Shown here piece by piece: positions 45,212 through 53,926 of a stretch of 64,000 nt of DNA. The notes below the pieces were generated by a model. That model searched no databases. It saw only the letters and a program-made list of their open reading frames with translations, and was not told the DNA's origin. Numbering within the stretch: position 1 is the stretch's first letter; the number at the start of each line of letters is the position of its first letter. The DNA is from Bacteroidia bacterium (GTDB lineage: Bacteria > Bacteroidota > Bacteroidia > UKL13-3): the NCBI GenBank assembly GCA_014376805.1, contig JACMQU010000110.1, positions 259 through 64,258 on the forward strand, read 5' to 3'. The position numbers and the translations under genes are program-made.

Positions 45212-46942
45212 ATGAGATTAACTGCCTTCTTCATTTTAGTCTATCAATCCCTGGTTTCACAGGCACAAAATCCTCTTTATATCCCGCCCGCTTTAACGGG
45301 TCCGGTATTTAATTTAAATATTCAGAGTGGGAGTAAAATGTTTTATGGTACAAATGCAACCCCTACTTATGGCGTTAATGGATCGTGGATGGCACCTACC
45401 CTGATAGTTAACAAAGGAGACAGTATTACCCTGCATGTTAAAAACGGACTGTCTGTAAAAACAACGATGCACTGGCATGGCTTGCATGTTGCTGCAAAAA
45501 ATGACGGAGGTCCACATCAGATAATATTACCCTTAGGAACCTGGAGTCCCTCATTTAAGATAAGAAATAATGCAGCTACCTTCTGGTATCACCCTCATGG
45601 TGCCGGACAAACTGATCCACAGGTATCAAAGGGCCTGGCAGGTTTTATAATTGTTAGAGACAGCACTGAGGCCTCCCTTAATTTGCCACGTACTTATGGA
45701 TTAGATGATATACCTTTAAATGTGCAGAGCAAGGCATTTGATGAATTAAAACAAATAGCTATTTCAACGGATATGGACACGGCACTTTTTGTAAACGGTA
45801 CTTTGCATCCATTGCTTAATGTACCACAACAAGTGGTTCGTTTTCGCTTATTAAATGGCAGCAGTTTACGTTCATATAATCTGGGTTTTTCTAATGGGCA
45901 GATCTTTTATCAGATTGCAACTGACGGAGGTTTACTGGATACGCCTGTTACACTTTCCCGTTTACGCCTTTCTCCCGGAGAAAGAGCAGAGATCCTTGTT
46001 AATTTTTCAGGTTTAATAGGGCAAACAATTAATTTAAAGAGCTATTCATCTGAGTTGGCAAAGGGTATTTATGGTGCCGACAGTATTGGAAAAGGCATAG
46101 ATATTATTGATGCGTATAATGATAATTTTCTGAATGGTTCTGATTTTAACCTGCTACAGATAAATATTGGTGCAACATCAGTTAATCCGGTTATAACAGT
46201 GCCCCTTAGCTTAGTACCCTTTAAACACTTTAATATTACTTCAGCTACACGTTACCGTAAAATTGAATTTGATACCATTCGTTTGCTGCCTGCTGATGTA
46301 CCAAATCTGGCAGATGGACCTTTTGGCATGAACCATAAAAGTTTTGATATGGAAACTATTAATGAGATAGTTCATTTGAATACAACGGAAATCTGGACAC
46401 TTGTAAACCATACGCTGGTGGCTCACCCTTTTCACATACACGATGTACAATTTGAAGTAATTGAAAAAAACGGAAAGCCAATATCTATAAGCGATAAGGG
46501 CTGGAAAGATGTTGTTTTGATAATGCCTAACGACAGTGTAAAATTTATCAGCAGGTTTGAAACTTTTTCTGACCCAATGGTGCCTTATATGTATCATTGT
46601 CATTTGCTACACCATGAAGATGATGGTATGATGGCAAGTTTTTTAGTAATTGATACTTCTGCTTCAACCGGAATTATAAATGTAGAGCAAGTGCACTATC
46701 TGCTATATCCTAATCCGGCAATCAATAACCTTACATTTCAATTTAAAGATGCCATTCATTTTGCTGAGGTAAACATAATTAATGTATTAGGGGAAATTAT
46801 TCTAAAGCAAACTATATCCAATTCCAATTCACTGATACTTGATGTTTCAACAATTAAAGAGGGTATGTATTTTATTCAGGTTATAGAAAGAGGAAATACC
46901 GAAAATAATCGTTTCTCCATACAAAAATTTATTAAACAATAA
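45212..46942 (+). CDS. Multicopper oxidase (CueO/CopA-like) with T9SS C-terminal sorting domain
   Basis: All four copper motifs are present: HWHGLH, WYHPH, HPFHIHD and HCHLLHHEDDGMM. The C-terminal CTD reads LYPNPAINNLTFQF...GMYFIQVIE...QKFIKQ. Confidence 0.9.
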   Translation: MRLTAFFILVYQSLVSQAQNPLYIPPALTGPVFNLNIQSGSKMFYGTNATPTYGVNGSWMAPTLIVNKGDSITLHVKNGLSVKTTMHWHGLHVAAKNDGGPHQIILPLGTWSPSFKIRNNAATFWYHPHGAGQTDPQVSKGLAGFIIVRDSTEASLNLPRTYGLDDIPLNVQSKAFDELKQIAISTDMDTALFVNGTLHPLLNVPQQVVRFRLLNGSSLRSYNLGFSNGQIFYQIATDGGLLDTPVTLSRLRLSPGERAEILVNFSGLIGQTINLKSYSSELAKGIYGADSIGKGIDIIDAYNDNFLNGSDFNLLQINIGATSVNPVITVPLSLVPFKHFNITSATRYRKIEFDTIRLLPADVPNLADGPFGMNHKSFDMETINEIVHLNTTEIWTLVNHTLVAHPFHIHDVQFEVIEKNGKPISISDKGWKDVVLIMPNDSVKFISRFETFSDPMVPYMYHCHLLHHEDDGMMASFLVIDTSASTGIINVEQVHYLLYPNPAINNLTFQFKDAIHFAEVNIINVLGEIILKQTISNSNSLILDVSTIKEGMYFIQVIERGNTENNRFSIQKFIKQ

Positions 46943-46951
46943 AACAACGAC

Positions 46952-48412
46952 ATGAAAAAAGCAACTCTAATCATAGCCGGTTTACTTTTTAATTTTATTG
47001 TCATCAATGCACAAACAAACCTTGTTTGGAAGATGGGGATGAATATTTCTACGGGTGCTTATGGGAATATGCATCCACGAATAGTGCTTGATGGTAAAGG
47101 CAATCCGTTGGTGATTTGGGGCAGGATGTCTGATGCCTCAGTTATGTTTTCGCGATGGACAGGTACTGCTTTTACAACGCCTGTAAAATTAAATCCTTCT
47201 TGGCTTTCCATTGCAACAGCCACCTGGATGGGGCCTGATATTGCATCCAAAGGAGATACCGTTTATGTAGTTGTAAAACGCATACCGGAAGCTTCTGATA
47301 CCAACCATATTTATCTGATACGTTCGTTTAATGGAGGCATTTCATTCTTTGCTCCGGTTCGTATCGATTTAATCGCCGACAGTATTTCTCGTTTTCCTGC
47401 TGTTACAGTAGATGCCACAGGAAATCCTATGGTGGCATTTATGAAATTTAATTCATCATTTCTCGATTCGAGGTGGGTAGTAACTAAATCTATAGATTAT
47501 GGAATCTCCTTTTCTCCGGATATAAAAGCAAGTGGCTGGAGTGGTGCCAAAGCAGAAGTATGTGATTGCTGCCCTGGCGCAATTATCTCTGATGGGAATG
47601 TAACATCAATGCTTTACCGGGATAACCTGAGTAATAAACGGGACATCTGGACAGGTATTTCAACAAATAACAATGTATCATTCAGTGATGGTTTTGCAAC
47701 AGATAATAGCAACTGGATGTTAATGTCATGCCCTTCCAGCGGGCCTGATGGAGTTATTATTGGTGATACCTTGTACACTGTATTTTTAAGTGGAGCAGGA
47801 GGTAAGAACAAAAACTATATCAGCAAATCATCTGTAAGTGAAAACAAATTAAAATCAATATCTCCACTAACAGGAAGTATAACCGGACTTACCCAGCAGA
47901 ATTTTCCGCGAATTGCAAGTGATGGCATTGCTGCGGCAATTGTATGGAAACAAACTGTTAATGGAAATGATCAATTGCCGCTTCTGTTCACAAATAATAT
48001 AGCTAAAGGTTTTACTGTTTATGATACTGTTGATTTAAACGATATTACAAATGCCGATGTGGCTGTAAATAAGGGAAATATATTTGTTGTATGGGAAGAT
48101 GATAATTCAGGAACTGTAAAGTTTCGACAAGGAACATACAAATATGTTACTACCGGAATACCGGCACAGGTAACCGATCCCGTTACCTCAATAAATGTTT
48201 TTCCTAACCCGGTAAATGATGTATTGAATATAGTATCACCATCGGGTGAAAATTATGTGTTGAACATTTATAATTCTCTGGGTGAAAAAATGTTTACTAT
48301 GGAATCATCCATAAATCTCCTGGTGCCTACTTCCACATTTCCTTCAGGCATTTATTTCATTGAATGGCGGACGGACAAACTTATTCACAATCAAAAAATT
48401 ATTAAACCGTGA
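46952..48412 (+). CDS. Asp-box (BNR/sialidase-like) beta-propeller protein with T9SS CTD
   Basis: Asp-box-like repeats (RSFNGGISF, KSIDYGISF). CTD VFPNPVNDVLNIV...SGIYFIEWR...QKIIKP. Confidence 0.55.
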   Translation: MKKATLIIAGLLFNFIVINAQTNLVWKMGMNISTGAYGNMHPRIVLDGKGNPLVIWGRMSDASVMFSRWTGTAFTTPVKLNPSWLSIATATWMGPDIASKGDTVYVVVKRIPEASDTNHIYLIRSFNGGISFFAPVRIDLIADSISRFPAVTVDATGNPMVAFMKFNSSFLDSRWVVTKSIDYGISFSPDIKASGWSGAKAEVCDCCPGAIISDGNVTSMLYRDNLSNKRDIWTGISTNNNVSFSDGFATDNSNWMLMSCPSSGPDGVIIGDTLYTVFLSGAGGKNKNYISKSSVSENKLKSISPLTGSITGLTQQNFPRIASDGIAAAIVWKQTVNGNDQLPLLFTNNIAKGFTVYDTVDLNDITNADVAVNKGNIFVVWEDDNSGTVKFRQGTYKYVTTGIPAQVTDPVTSINVFPNPVNDVLNIVSPSGENYVLNIYNSLGEKMFTMESSINLLVPTSTFPSGIYFIEWRTDKLIHNQKIIKP

Positions 48413-48477
48413 AAAGTATTTTTTTATCTTTTGGTTTACTACTCTTCATGCGCTTTATACAAATAAATCCGGTTAAA

Positions 48478-50157
48478 ATGAAAAAGCTAATTTACTTAAT
48501 AATATTATCCTTGTTCACTGTAGTGATTTCCAAAGCACAAAATCCATTAATCATTCCGGATACGCTAACTGGTGTTACTATAAATCTTGTACTTAAAGAT
48601 AGTTCAAAACAATTTTATACTTCTCGTAATACCAATACCATTGGATATAATGGTGGATATTTGGGTCCTACCATTATTTTAAATAAAGGGCAATATGTAA
48701 CAATGAATGTTCACAACCAGCTTGCAGATACAACCACAACATACTGGCATGGATTGCATGTTGCTTCTCAAAATGATGGAAGTCCTCACAATGCTATTAT
48801 GCCCGGTAATACCTGGTCGCCGGGTTTTACTGTGCTCGATAATGCAGCAACTTATTGGTATCATCCGCATCTGCATATGAAAACTTTTGAACAGGTTTTA
48901 AAAGGAGCAGCAGGGCTTATCATTATTCGCGACAGTATTGAATCTGCTTTACCTTTACCCCGCAAATACGGAGTTGATGATGTTCCTCTGATTTTCCAGT
49001 TTAAAACAATTAATCCGCTTACTAAACAAATTATGTTATCAGATTCGATGGATAATGTAGTTATGACAAATGGGGTGGTAAATCCATACTTAAATAGTCC
49101 TGCTCAAGTGGTACGCTACAGAATATTAAATGCATCCAGTGCGCGGGTATTCCGTTTCGGTTTTAACGACAATCGTATATTTTATCAGATTGCTTCTGAT
49201 GATGGTTTGTTAAATGCTCCTGTGCCTCTAACACGTCTTACCTTAGGAATAGGAGAAAGAGCTGAGATCCTGGTTAATTTAACGGATGACTTTGGTAAGA
49301 CTTTGTTTATAAAAACATTTGGGAATGAATTACCCTCAGGATTTACCGGAGGCCCTGGGGGAATGATGGGTGGTGTTACTGGTCCCCTGGATAATATAAA
49401 TTTTAATATTCTGCAGATAAATGTTACATCAGCTACAACTAATGCTGTTACTGCCATTCCATCCGTATTAACTTCAAACAATATTTGGTTAAAAACGGGT
49501 GTACCGATAAGGAATTTTACACTTCAGGCAGTACCCGTGATGAGCACTAACTTTTTTATCAATTCTACGCCCTTTAAGGAGAACGTAAACAATTTTTCGG
49601 TTCAAAAAAATAACGTAGAGATCTGGAAAATTCAGAACATGACATCTATAGCGCACCCGTTTCATATTCATGGAAACCATTTTTACATAATTTCAAAAAG
49701 TGGAAGTACTGTTCCGATTAATGAACAAGGTAGAAAAGATGTAGTTTTAATAGCACCTATGCAAACAGTTGAACTTATAACAAAATATGAAACATTTAAT
49801 GATTCCATGATGCCTTACATGTATCACTGTCATATTTTAAAGCACGAAGATATGGGAATGATGGGACAGTTTATTGTTAATAATTCAGTAACAGGAATCA
49901 ATGACATGGCTACTAAAACTCCTGAAATATATGTTTATCCCAACCCAACAAATGACTTCTTTTTTATTCAGAATAAAAACACGAACACGGTAATTCAACA
50001 GGTGAGCATAAGTGATGTTTTAGGCAGAAATTTATTACATCTTACTAATATAGACTTTTCTAAAATTGATATTTCAAACTTACCAACAGGGCAATATTTT
50101 ATTCAAATACTAACCAATAAGACAATTACAACCCTAAAAATTTTAAAACAAAATTGA
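48478..50157 (+). CDS. Second multicopper oxidase with T9SS CTD; first copper motif reads YWHGLH
   Basis: WYHPH, HPFHIHG and HCHILKHEDMGMM are intact. Motif 1 has Tyr (TAC 48742-48744) where MCO1 and CueO have His. CTD VYPNPTNDFFFIQ...GQYFIQILT...LKILKQN. Start at ATG 48478. Confidence 0.85.
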   Translation: MKKLIYLIILSLFTVVISKAQNPLIIPDTLTGVTINLVLKDSSKQFYTSRNTNTIGYNGGYLGPTIILNKGQYVTMNVHNQLADTTTTYWHGLHVASQNDGSPHNAIMPGNTWSPGFTVLDNAATYWYHPHLHMKTFEQVLKGAAGLIIIRDSIESALPLPRKYGVDDVPLIFQFKTINPLTKQIMLSDSMDNVVMTNGVVNPYLNSPAQVVRYRILNASSARVFRFGFNDNRIFYQIASDDGLLNAPVPLTRLTLGIGERAEILVNLTDDFGKTLFIKTFGNELPSGFTGGPGGMMGGVTGPLDNINFNILQINVTSATTNAVTAIPSVLTSNNIWLKTGVPIRNFTLQAVPVMSTNFFINSTPFKENVNNFSVQKNNVEIWKIQNMTSIAHPFHIHGNHFYIISKSGSTVPINEQGRKDVVLIAPMQTVELITKYETFNDSMMPYMYHCHILKHEDMGMMGQFIVNNSVTGINDMATKTPEIYVYPNPTNDFFFIQNKNTNTVIQQVSISDVLGRNLLHLTNIDFSKIDISNLPTGQYFIQILTNKTITTLKILKQN

Positions 50158-50246
50158 AGGAAAATTAAAATATTTTCCATAAAAGAAGTAAGAACTTATA
50201 TCCATGCTATCTATCATAAAATTTACATCATTAAAATAATTGAAGT

Positions 50247-51623
50247 ATGAAAAAATTGTTTTTCGGCTGTTTAATTCTCCTGGAATTATGCGTTAAATCT
50301 GCTTATTCTCAGCAAACTATTGATTCTTATGTACGAGACTCCATCAACAATGTATTTACTGTGGTGGCCAGTTCATCTAATGCGCTAAACTCACCGGTTG
50401 ATCTTGATTTTTATCCTAATCAAACGACAAGACCTTTTGAACTTTGGATCTTAAATCAGGGTACTTCAGCTACTGGTGGTTCAACGGTAATTGTTTCTAA
50501 TGCCAATCAAAGTACACGTACCTCAACATATGTAAAAGATGGTAATGCCTGGCATTTTATGTCGATGGCAAGTGCGATAGCTTTTGGAGATAGTCTTTGG
50601 GCAACAAGTGCTGATGTATTAGATGCCAATCATTCTTCAGGCCGTTATTCAGGTCCAACATTATGGCCTGGCAACCTTGATGTTTATGGTGTTGTTGGTA
50701 ATCCAAGTAATGCAACCTTTAATGGCAGCCATTTAGATATGATCCATCAAAGTCCATACAGCAAGGGTATAGCTTTTGAAAAAAATCTGGTTTACTGGGT
50801 CTTGGATGGTTATGAAAGAAATATAAAAAGATATGATTATATTAAAACCCATGAACCTGGTGGTGAAGATCATAGTGCAGGAAGTGTTCAGGTATATCCG
50901 GAATTTACTTTTAACAAGCATGCCACCTTACCAAGTCATATTGTAATTGATGCTAACAAAAAGTATTTATACGGATGTGATCCTGTTGGTAAAAGAGTAT
51001 TTAGAATTGATATCACTACAGGAATTGTAAATGGCCCGGGAACTAAAGTTAACAATGAACCTTTAGCAAGTTATAATACCTGCTCGGGATTGGTTTTTAA
51101 AGATGTTGTTACTACCGGTTTAATAAGTCCTGTTGGAATTGATATTTATGGTGACAGGTTAATTGTAACTGATAATGCTACAGATGAAATAATAATTTAT
51201 GACATTTATAATTTCAATGAAATAGGACGGATCAAACTCAGATATGCAGTAAATCCAGATCCTATGGGCATTAAGGTAGGCCCTGATGGTAAAATTTATT
51301 TTGCTGATAAATTAAATAAAAAAGTATATCAGATTGATAATTCTAAAGTTTTCGCACTAGATGCTAAGGAAGTATTGAGTTCAAAAGAAATTGCAATGGT
51401 TTATCCTAATCCTGCAACCAATGAAATTTTTGTTCAATTAAACAATTCACCCGATCAATCTGCATCCTATACAGTTATAAATGTAATGGGTGAAGTTGTA
51501 TGGCAACAAAATATCACTGGCGTATCTACCCGAATAGATATATCAACTTTTAAAAGTGGTATATATTTTTTAAAGCTAAATTCAACTAATAAATCTTTCA
51601 TCCAAAAAATAATAAAACAATAA
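50247..51623 (+). CDS. NHL/YncE-like beta-propeller protein with T9SS CTD
   Basis: Repeats of the type PVGIDIYGDRLIVTDNATDEIIIYD and PMGIKVGPDGKIYFADKLNKKVYQID. CTD VYPNPATNEIFVQL...SGIYFLKLNS...QKIIKQ. Confidence 0.5.
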   Translation: MKKLFFGCLILLELCVKSAYSQQTIDSYVRDSINNVFTVVASSSNALNSPVDLDFYPNQTTRPFELWILNQGTSATGGSTVIVSNANQSTRTSTYVKDGNAWHFMSMASAIAFGDSLWATSADVLDANHSSGRYSGPTLWPGNLDVYGVVGNPSNATFNGSHLDMIHQSPYSKGIAFEKNLVYWVLDGYERNIKRYDYIKTHEPGGEDHSAGSVQVYPEFTFNKHATLPSHIVIDANKKYLYGCDPVGKRVFRIDITTGIVNGPGTKVNNEPLASYNTCSGLVFKDVVTTGLISPVGIDIYGDRLIVTDNATDEIIIYDIYNFNEIGRIKLRYAVNPDPMGIKVGPDGKIYFADKLNKKVYQIDNSKVFALDAKEVLSSKEIAMVYPNPATNEIFVQLNNSPDQSASYTVINVMGEVVWQQNITGVSTRIDISTFKSGIYFLKLNSTNKSFIQKIIKQ

Positions 51624-51681
51624 AAAAGGCTTTAGATTTTGGCTCATTATGATATAAAGAGTTGCTAAAGCTTAAAAAATT

Positions 51682-52380
51682 ATGAAATACTTAATTCTAT
51701 TAATTGTTGTATTGTGTACTGTCACTAAATCATACTCGCAGATAAGTTTTCCAAAAGGAAACACCGTTAATCTGAATACAAATGTTGATTTTTTGTATGA
51801 AGAAACACGGATATTTTTTCACACTGGAAATTATAAAGCTAATGATTACAATTGGGAAAAGTTAAGTGATTCACTTGACAGCAGATGGTTGATTGGCTCC
51901 TGTTTTAACGGAGATTGCAGAAATGATTTGGTTCAAAGCGGTTCTTTTATTAAAGATTATGGCATAAACGATACTACCTGTTTTATAGCTTTTCATATAG
52001 AAACGCATGGTTTTGATGGGAACTCAATTATAAAGTATCATATTTATAACAAAAATAACACGGCGGATTCTTCCAATATGATTTTTAATGTACAATATAG
52101 AAATACTACCGGGCTTAATGATGAAACCCGATTGCAAACAAAGCAAATTGTAATTGTAAATCCTGTTAAAAAGGACCTTATAATATTAAATAAAATTTCT
52201 AAAATAGAAAATGTTGAAATTCATAATCTGCCCGGAGAATTAATATATACAGGTGATCCGATAAGGGATAATAATGAAAAAATAATCTTCCATTTGCCTG
52301 ATGGGATAGAGGGGATGTATTTGTTAAATTTAACTGTTAATGGTGTTCAAAAATGTTGGAAAATTATCATCAGTCCTTAA
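51682..52380 (+). CDS. Small secreted CxNGxC protein, second copy, with a CTD-like end
   Basis: YNWEKL...RWLIGSCFNGDCR aligns with FNWQQL...GWTANLCDNGHCY of 44501..45205. Tail GELIYTGDP...EGMYLLNLTVNG. Confidence 0.5.
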   Translation: MKYLILLIVVLCTVTKSYSQISFPKGNTVNLNTNVDFLYEETRIFFHTGNYKANDYNWEKLSDSLDSRWLIGSCFNGDCRNDLVQSGSFIKDYGINDTTCFIAFHIETHGFDGNSIIKYHIYNKNNTADSSNMIFNVQYRNTTGLNDETRLQTKQIVIVNPVKKDLIILNKISKIENVEIHNLPGELIYTGDPIRDNNEKIIFHLPDGIEGMYLLNLTVNGVQKCWKIIISP

Positions 52381-52432
52381 GTATAATTTAAACAATAAAG
52401 GATAAAGTAATCAAAATAAAATTAGTAAAAAA

Positions 52433-52648
52433 ATGAAAAATTTAATCATTACAATTGCAGCAATAGCCATAATAGCTGCCTGCAACAATTCAACTTCTTC
52501 TCATCAGAAAGCCGGTACTGAAATGAAATCAGACAGCATTAAAAATGCAGCGGTATATCAATGTCCGATGGATTGTGAGAAGGGTAAGACTTATGAAAAA
52601 GCTGGTAAGTGTGTGGTATGTGGAATGGAATTGGAAGAAATAAAATAA
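52433..52648 (+). CDS. Lipoprotein consisting of a single heavy-metal-binding (YxCPM-type, four-Cys) domain
   Basis: Lipobox IIAAC, then YQCPMDCEKGKTYEKAGKCVVCGMELEE. The same motif class sits at the N-termini of the two CusB-like adaptors. Confidence 0.6.
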   Translation: MKNLIITIAAIAIIAACNNSTSSHQKAGTEMKSDSIKNAAVYQCPMDCEKGKTYEKAGKCVVCGMELEEIK

Positions 52649-52712
52649 CAACCGTAGCAATTTTATATTTTCTAAAATAGTAGAAGTAGGAAAGATTTAT
52701 TGTTAAAAAATT

Positions 52713-53312
52713 TTGCGATGCTTATTCAAAAATTACATATATATTGATATTTTGAAACTCTACATTAAGAATATGGTTTGTAACCGCTGCATTATGATGG
52801 TTAAGCAGGTGTTAAATAAACTAAGTTTGCCTTATAGCCTTGTACAATTAGGAGATATAGATTTAACAACGGATGTATCGGTAGATCAACTTAAAAACTT
52901 AAATTCAGAACTAAAATTACTGGGTTTTTTAATTATTGATGACCGTAAGACACGCATCATAGAAAAGGTGAAAAATATAATTATAAAAATGGTGCACACG
53001 GATGTTGATCTTCCAAAACAAAATCTTTCTGATTATTTGTCTGATCAATTGCACTTCGAATATAATTACCTGAGCAGTATATTTTCTGAAGTAGAAAATA
53101 TCACCATTGAAAAATTTACGATCAACCAGAAAATTGAAAAAGTTAAAGAATTGCTGGTATATGATGAGTTAGATTTAAATGAAATTGCAGCTCAAACCGG
53201 CTATAGTAGTGCAGCACATCTGAGTAATCAGTTTAAGAAAACTACGGGACTTACGCCTTCGCATTTTAAAAAAATAAAGGAAAATAAACGCAAATCACTG
53301 GATGCTGTTTAA
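52713..53312 (+). CDS. AraC-family transcriptional regulator with HMA-like N-terminal domain
   Basis: YIKNMVCNRCIMMVKQVL (HMA-like) plus a canonical AraC HTH (LNEIAAQTGYSSAAHLSNQFKKTTGLTPSHFKK). The start is uncertain; TTG 52752 would give an N-terminus like the paralogue 26790..27362. Confidence 0.75.
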   Translation: MRCLFKNYIYIDILKLYIKNMVCNRCIMMVKQVLNKLSLPYSLVQLGDIDLTTDVSVDQLKNLNSELKLLGFLIIDDRKTRIIEKVKNIIIKMVHTDVDLPKQNLSDYLSDQLHFEYNYLSSIFSEVENITIEKFTINQKIEKVKELLVYDELDLNEIAAQTGYSSAAHLSNQFKKTTGLTPSHFKKIKENKRKSLDAV

Positions 53313-53453
53313 TCATACTAATTATATACTTTTTAAATTAAACTTTATGTGAATAATGTAACTAATTAGAATAATTTTGTAACAAAAACGGATGAGTTGT
53401 TATTAATATTTGTCGGCTAAAATTTAAACATAAAATCAGCTAACCTATATATT

Positions 53454-53714
53454 ATGAAAAAAACAGAAAAAAAAACCCTTAAGAAAAATCTTTTTACCGC
53501 TATTAAGAAAGTGCTGAGTTCGAATAAAGCAGAGCTAACAGAAAAAACTGAAAAAGCAGTTAAAAAATCGATTAAAAAAATTGTTAAAAAAACGAATATC
53601 ATAGATAACAATGATGCTGTAAAAGATAAGAAAGTAAGTGCATCAAATTCTTCAAAAAATAAATCAACAGCGGTATCTGCACCTATAATAGATAAAAAGA
53701 AAAAAGGCAAATAA
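53454..53714 (+). CDS. Lysine-rich small basic protein (histone-H1-like composition)
   Basis: 86 aa, visibly very Lys-rich, followed by a strong terminator. The antisense ORF 53417..53710 is the hydrophobic mirror image and is considered spurious. Confidence 0.45.
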   Translation: MKKTEKKTLKKNLFTAIKKVLSSNKAELTEKTEKAVKKSIKKIVKKTNIIDNNDAVKDKKVSASNSSKNKSTAVSAPIIDKKKKGK

Positions 53715-53784
53715 ATTAGCGTACCGGATGGTGTAAATTTATTTATAAGGTACTAAAAAATATTATTCATCTCAGCATATAAAT

Positions 53785-53815
53785 GGCGGTTCAAAAGGAT
53801 TGAACCGCCTTTTTT
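53785..53815 (+). terminator. Intrinsic terminator
   Basis: GGCGGTTCAA (53785-53794) pairs with TTGAACCGCC (53800-53809), with a 5-nt loop, followed by TTTTTT. Confidence 0.65.
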
Positions 53816-53926
53816 ATTACAAGTAATGAAATTCTTTTACTTCTGAATATTTTTAATTATTTTAAATTGCTTGTTATAAATTTTCTTTACTTTTTTGATC
53901 GACCAACAATTATATTTTATCTTAGA

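Noticed and set aside
53417-53710. 97-aa minus-strand hydrophobic ORF overlapping the lysine-rich ORF.
   Set aside because: Its Phe/Leu-rich composition is the complement of AAA/AAG-rich sequence. The terminator at 53785-53815 is oriented for the plus strand.
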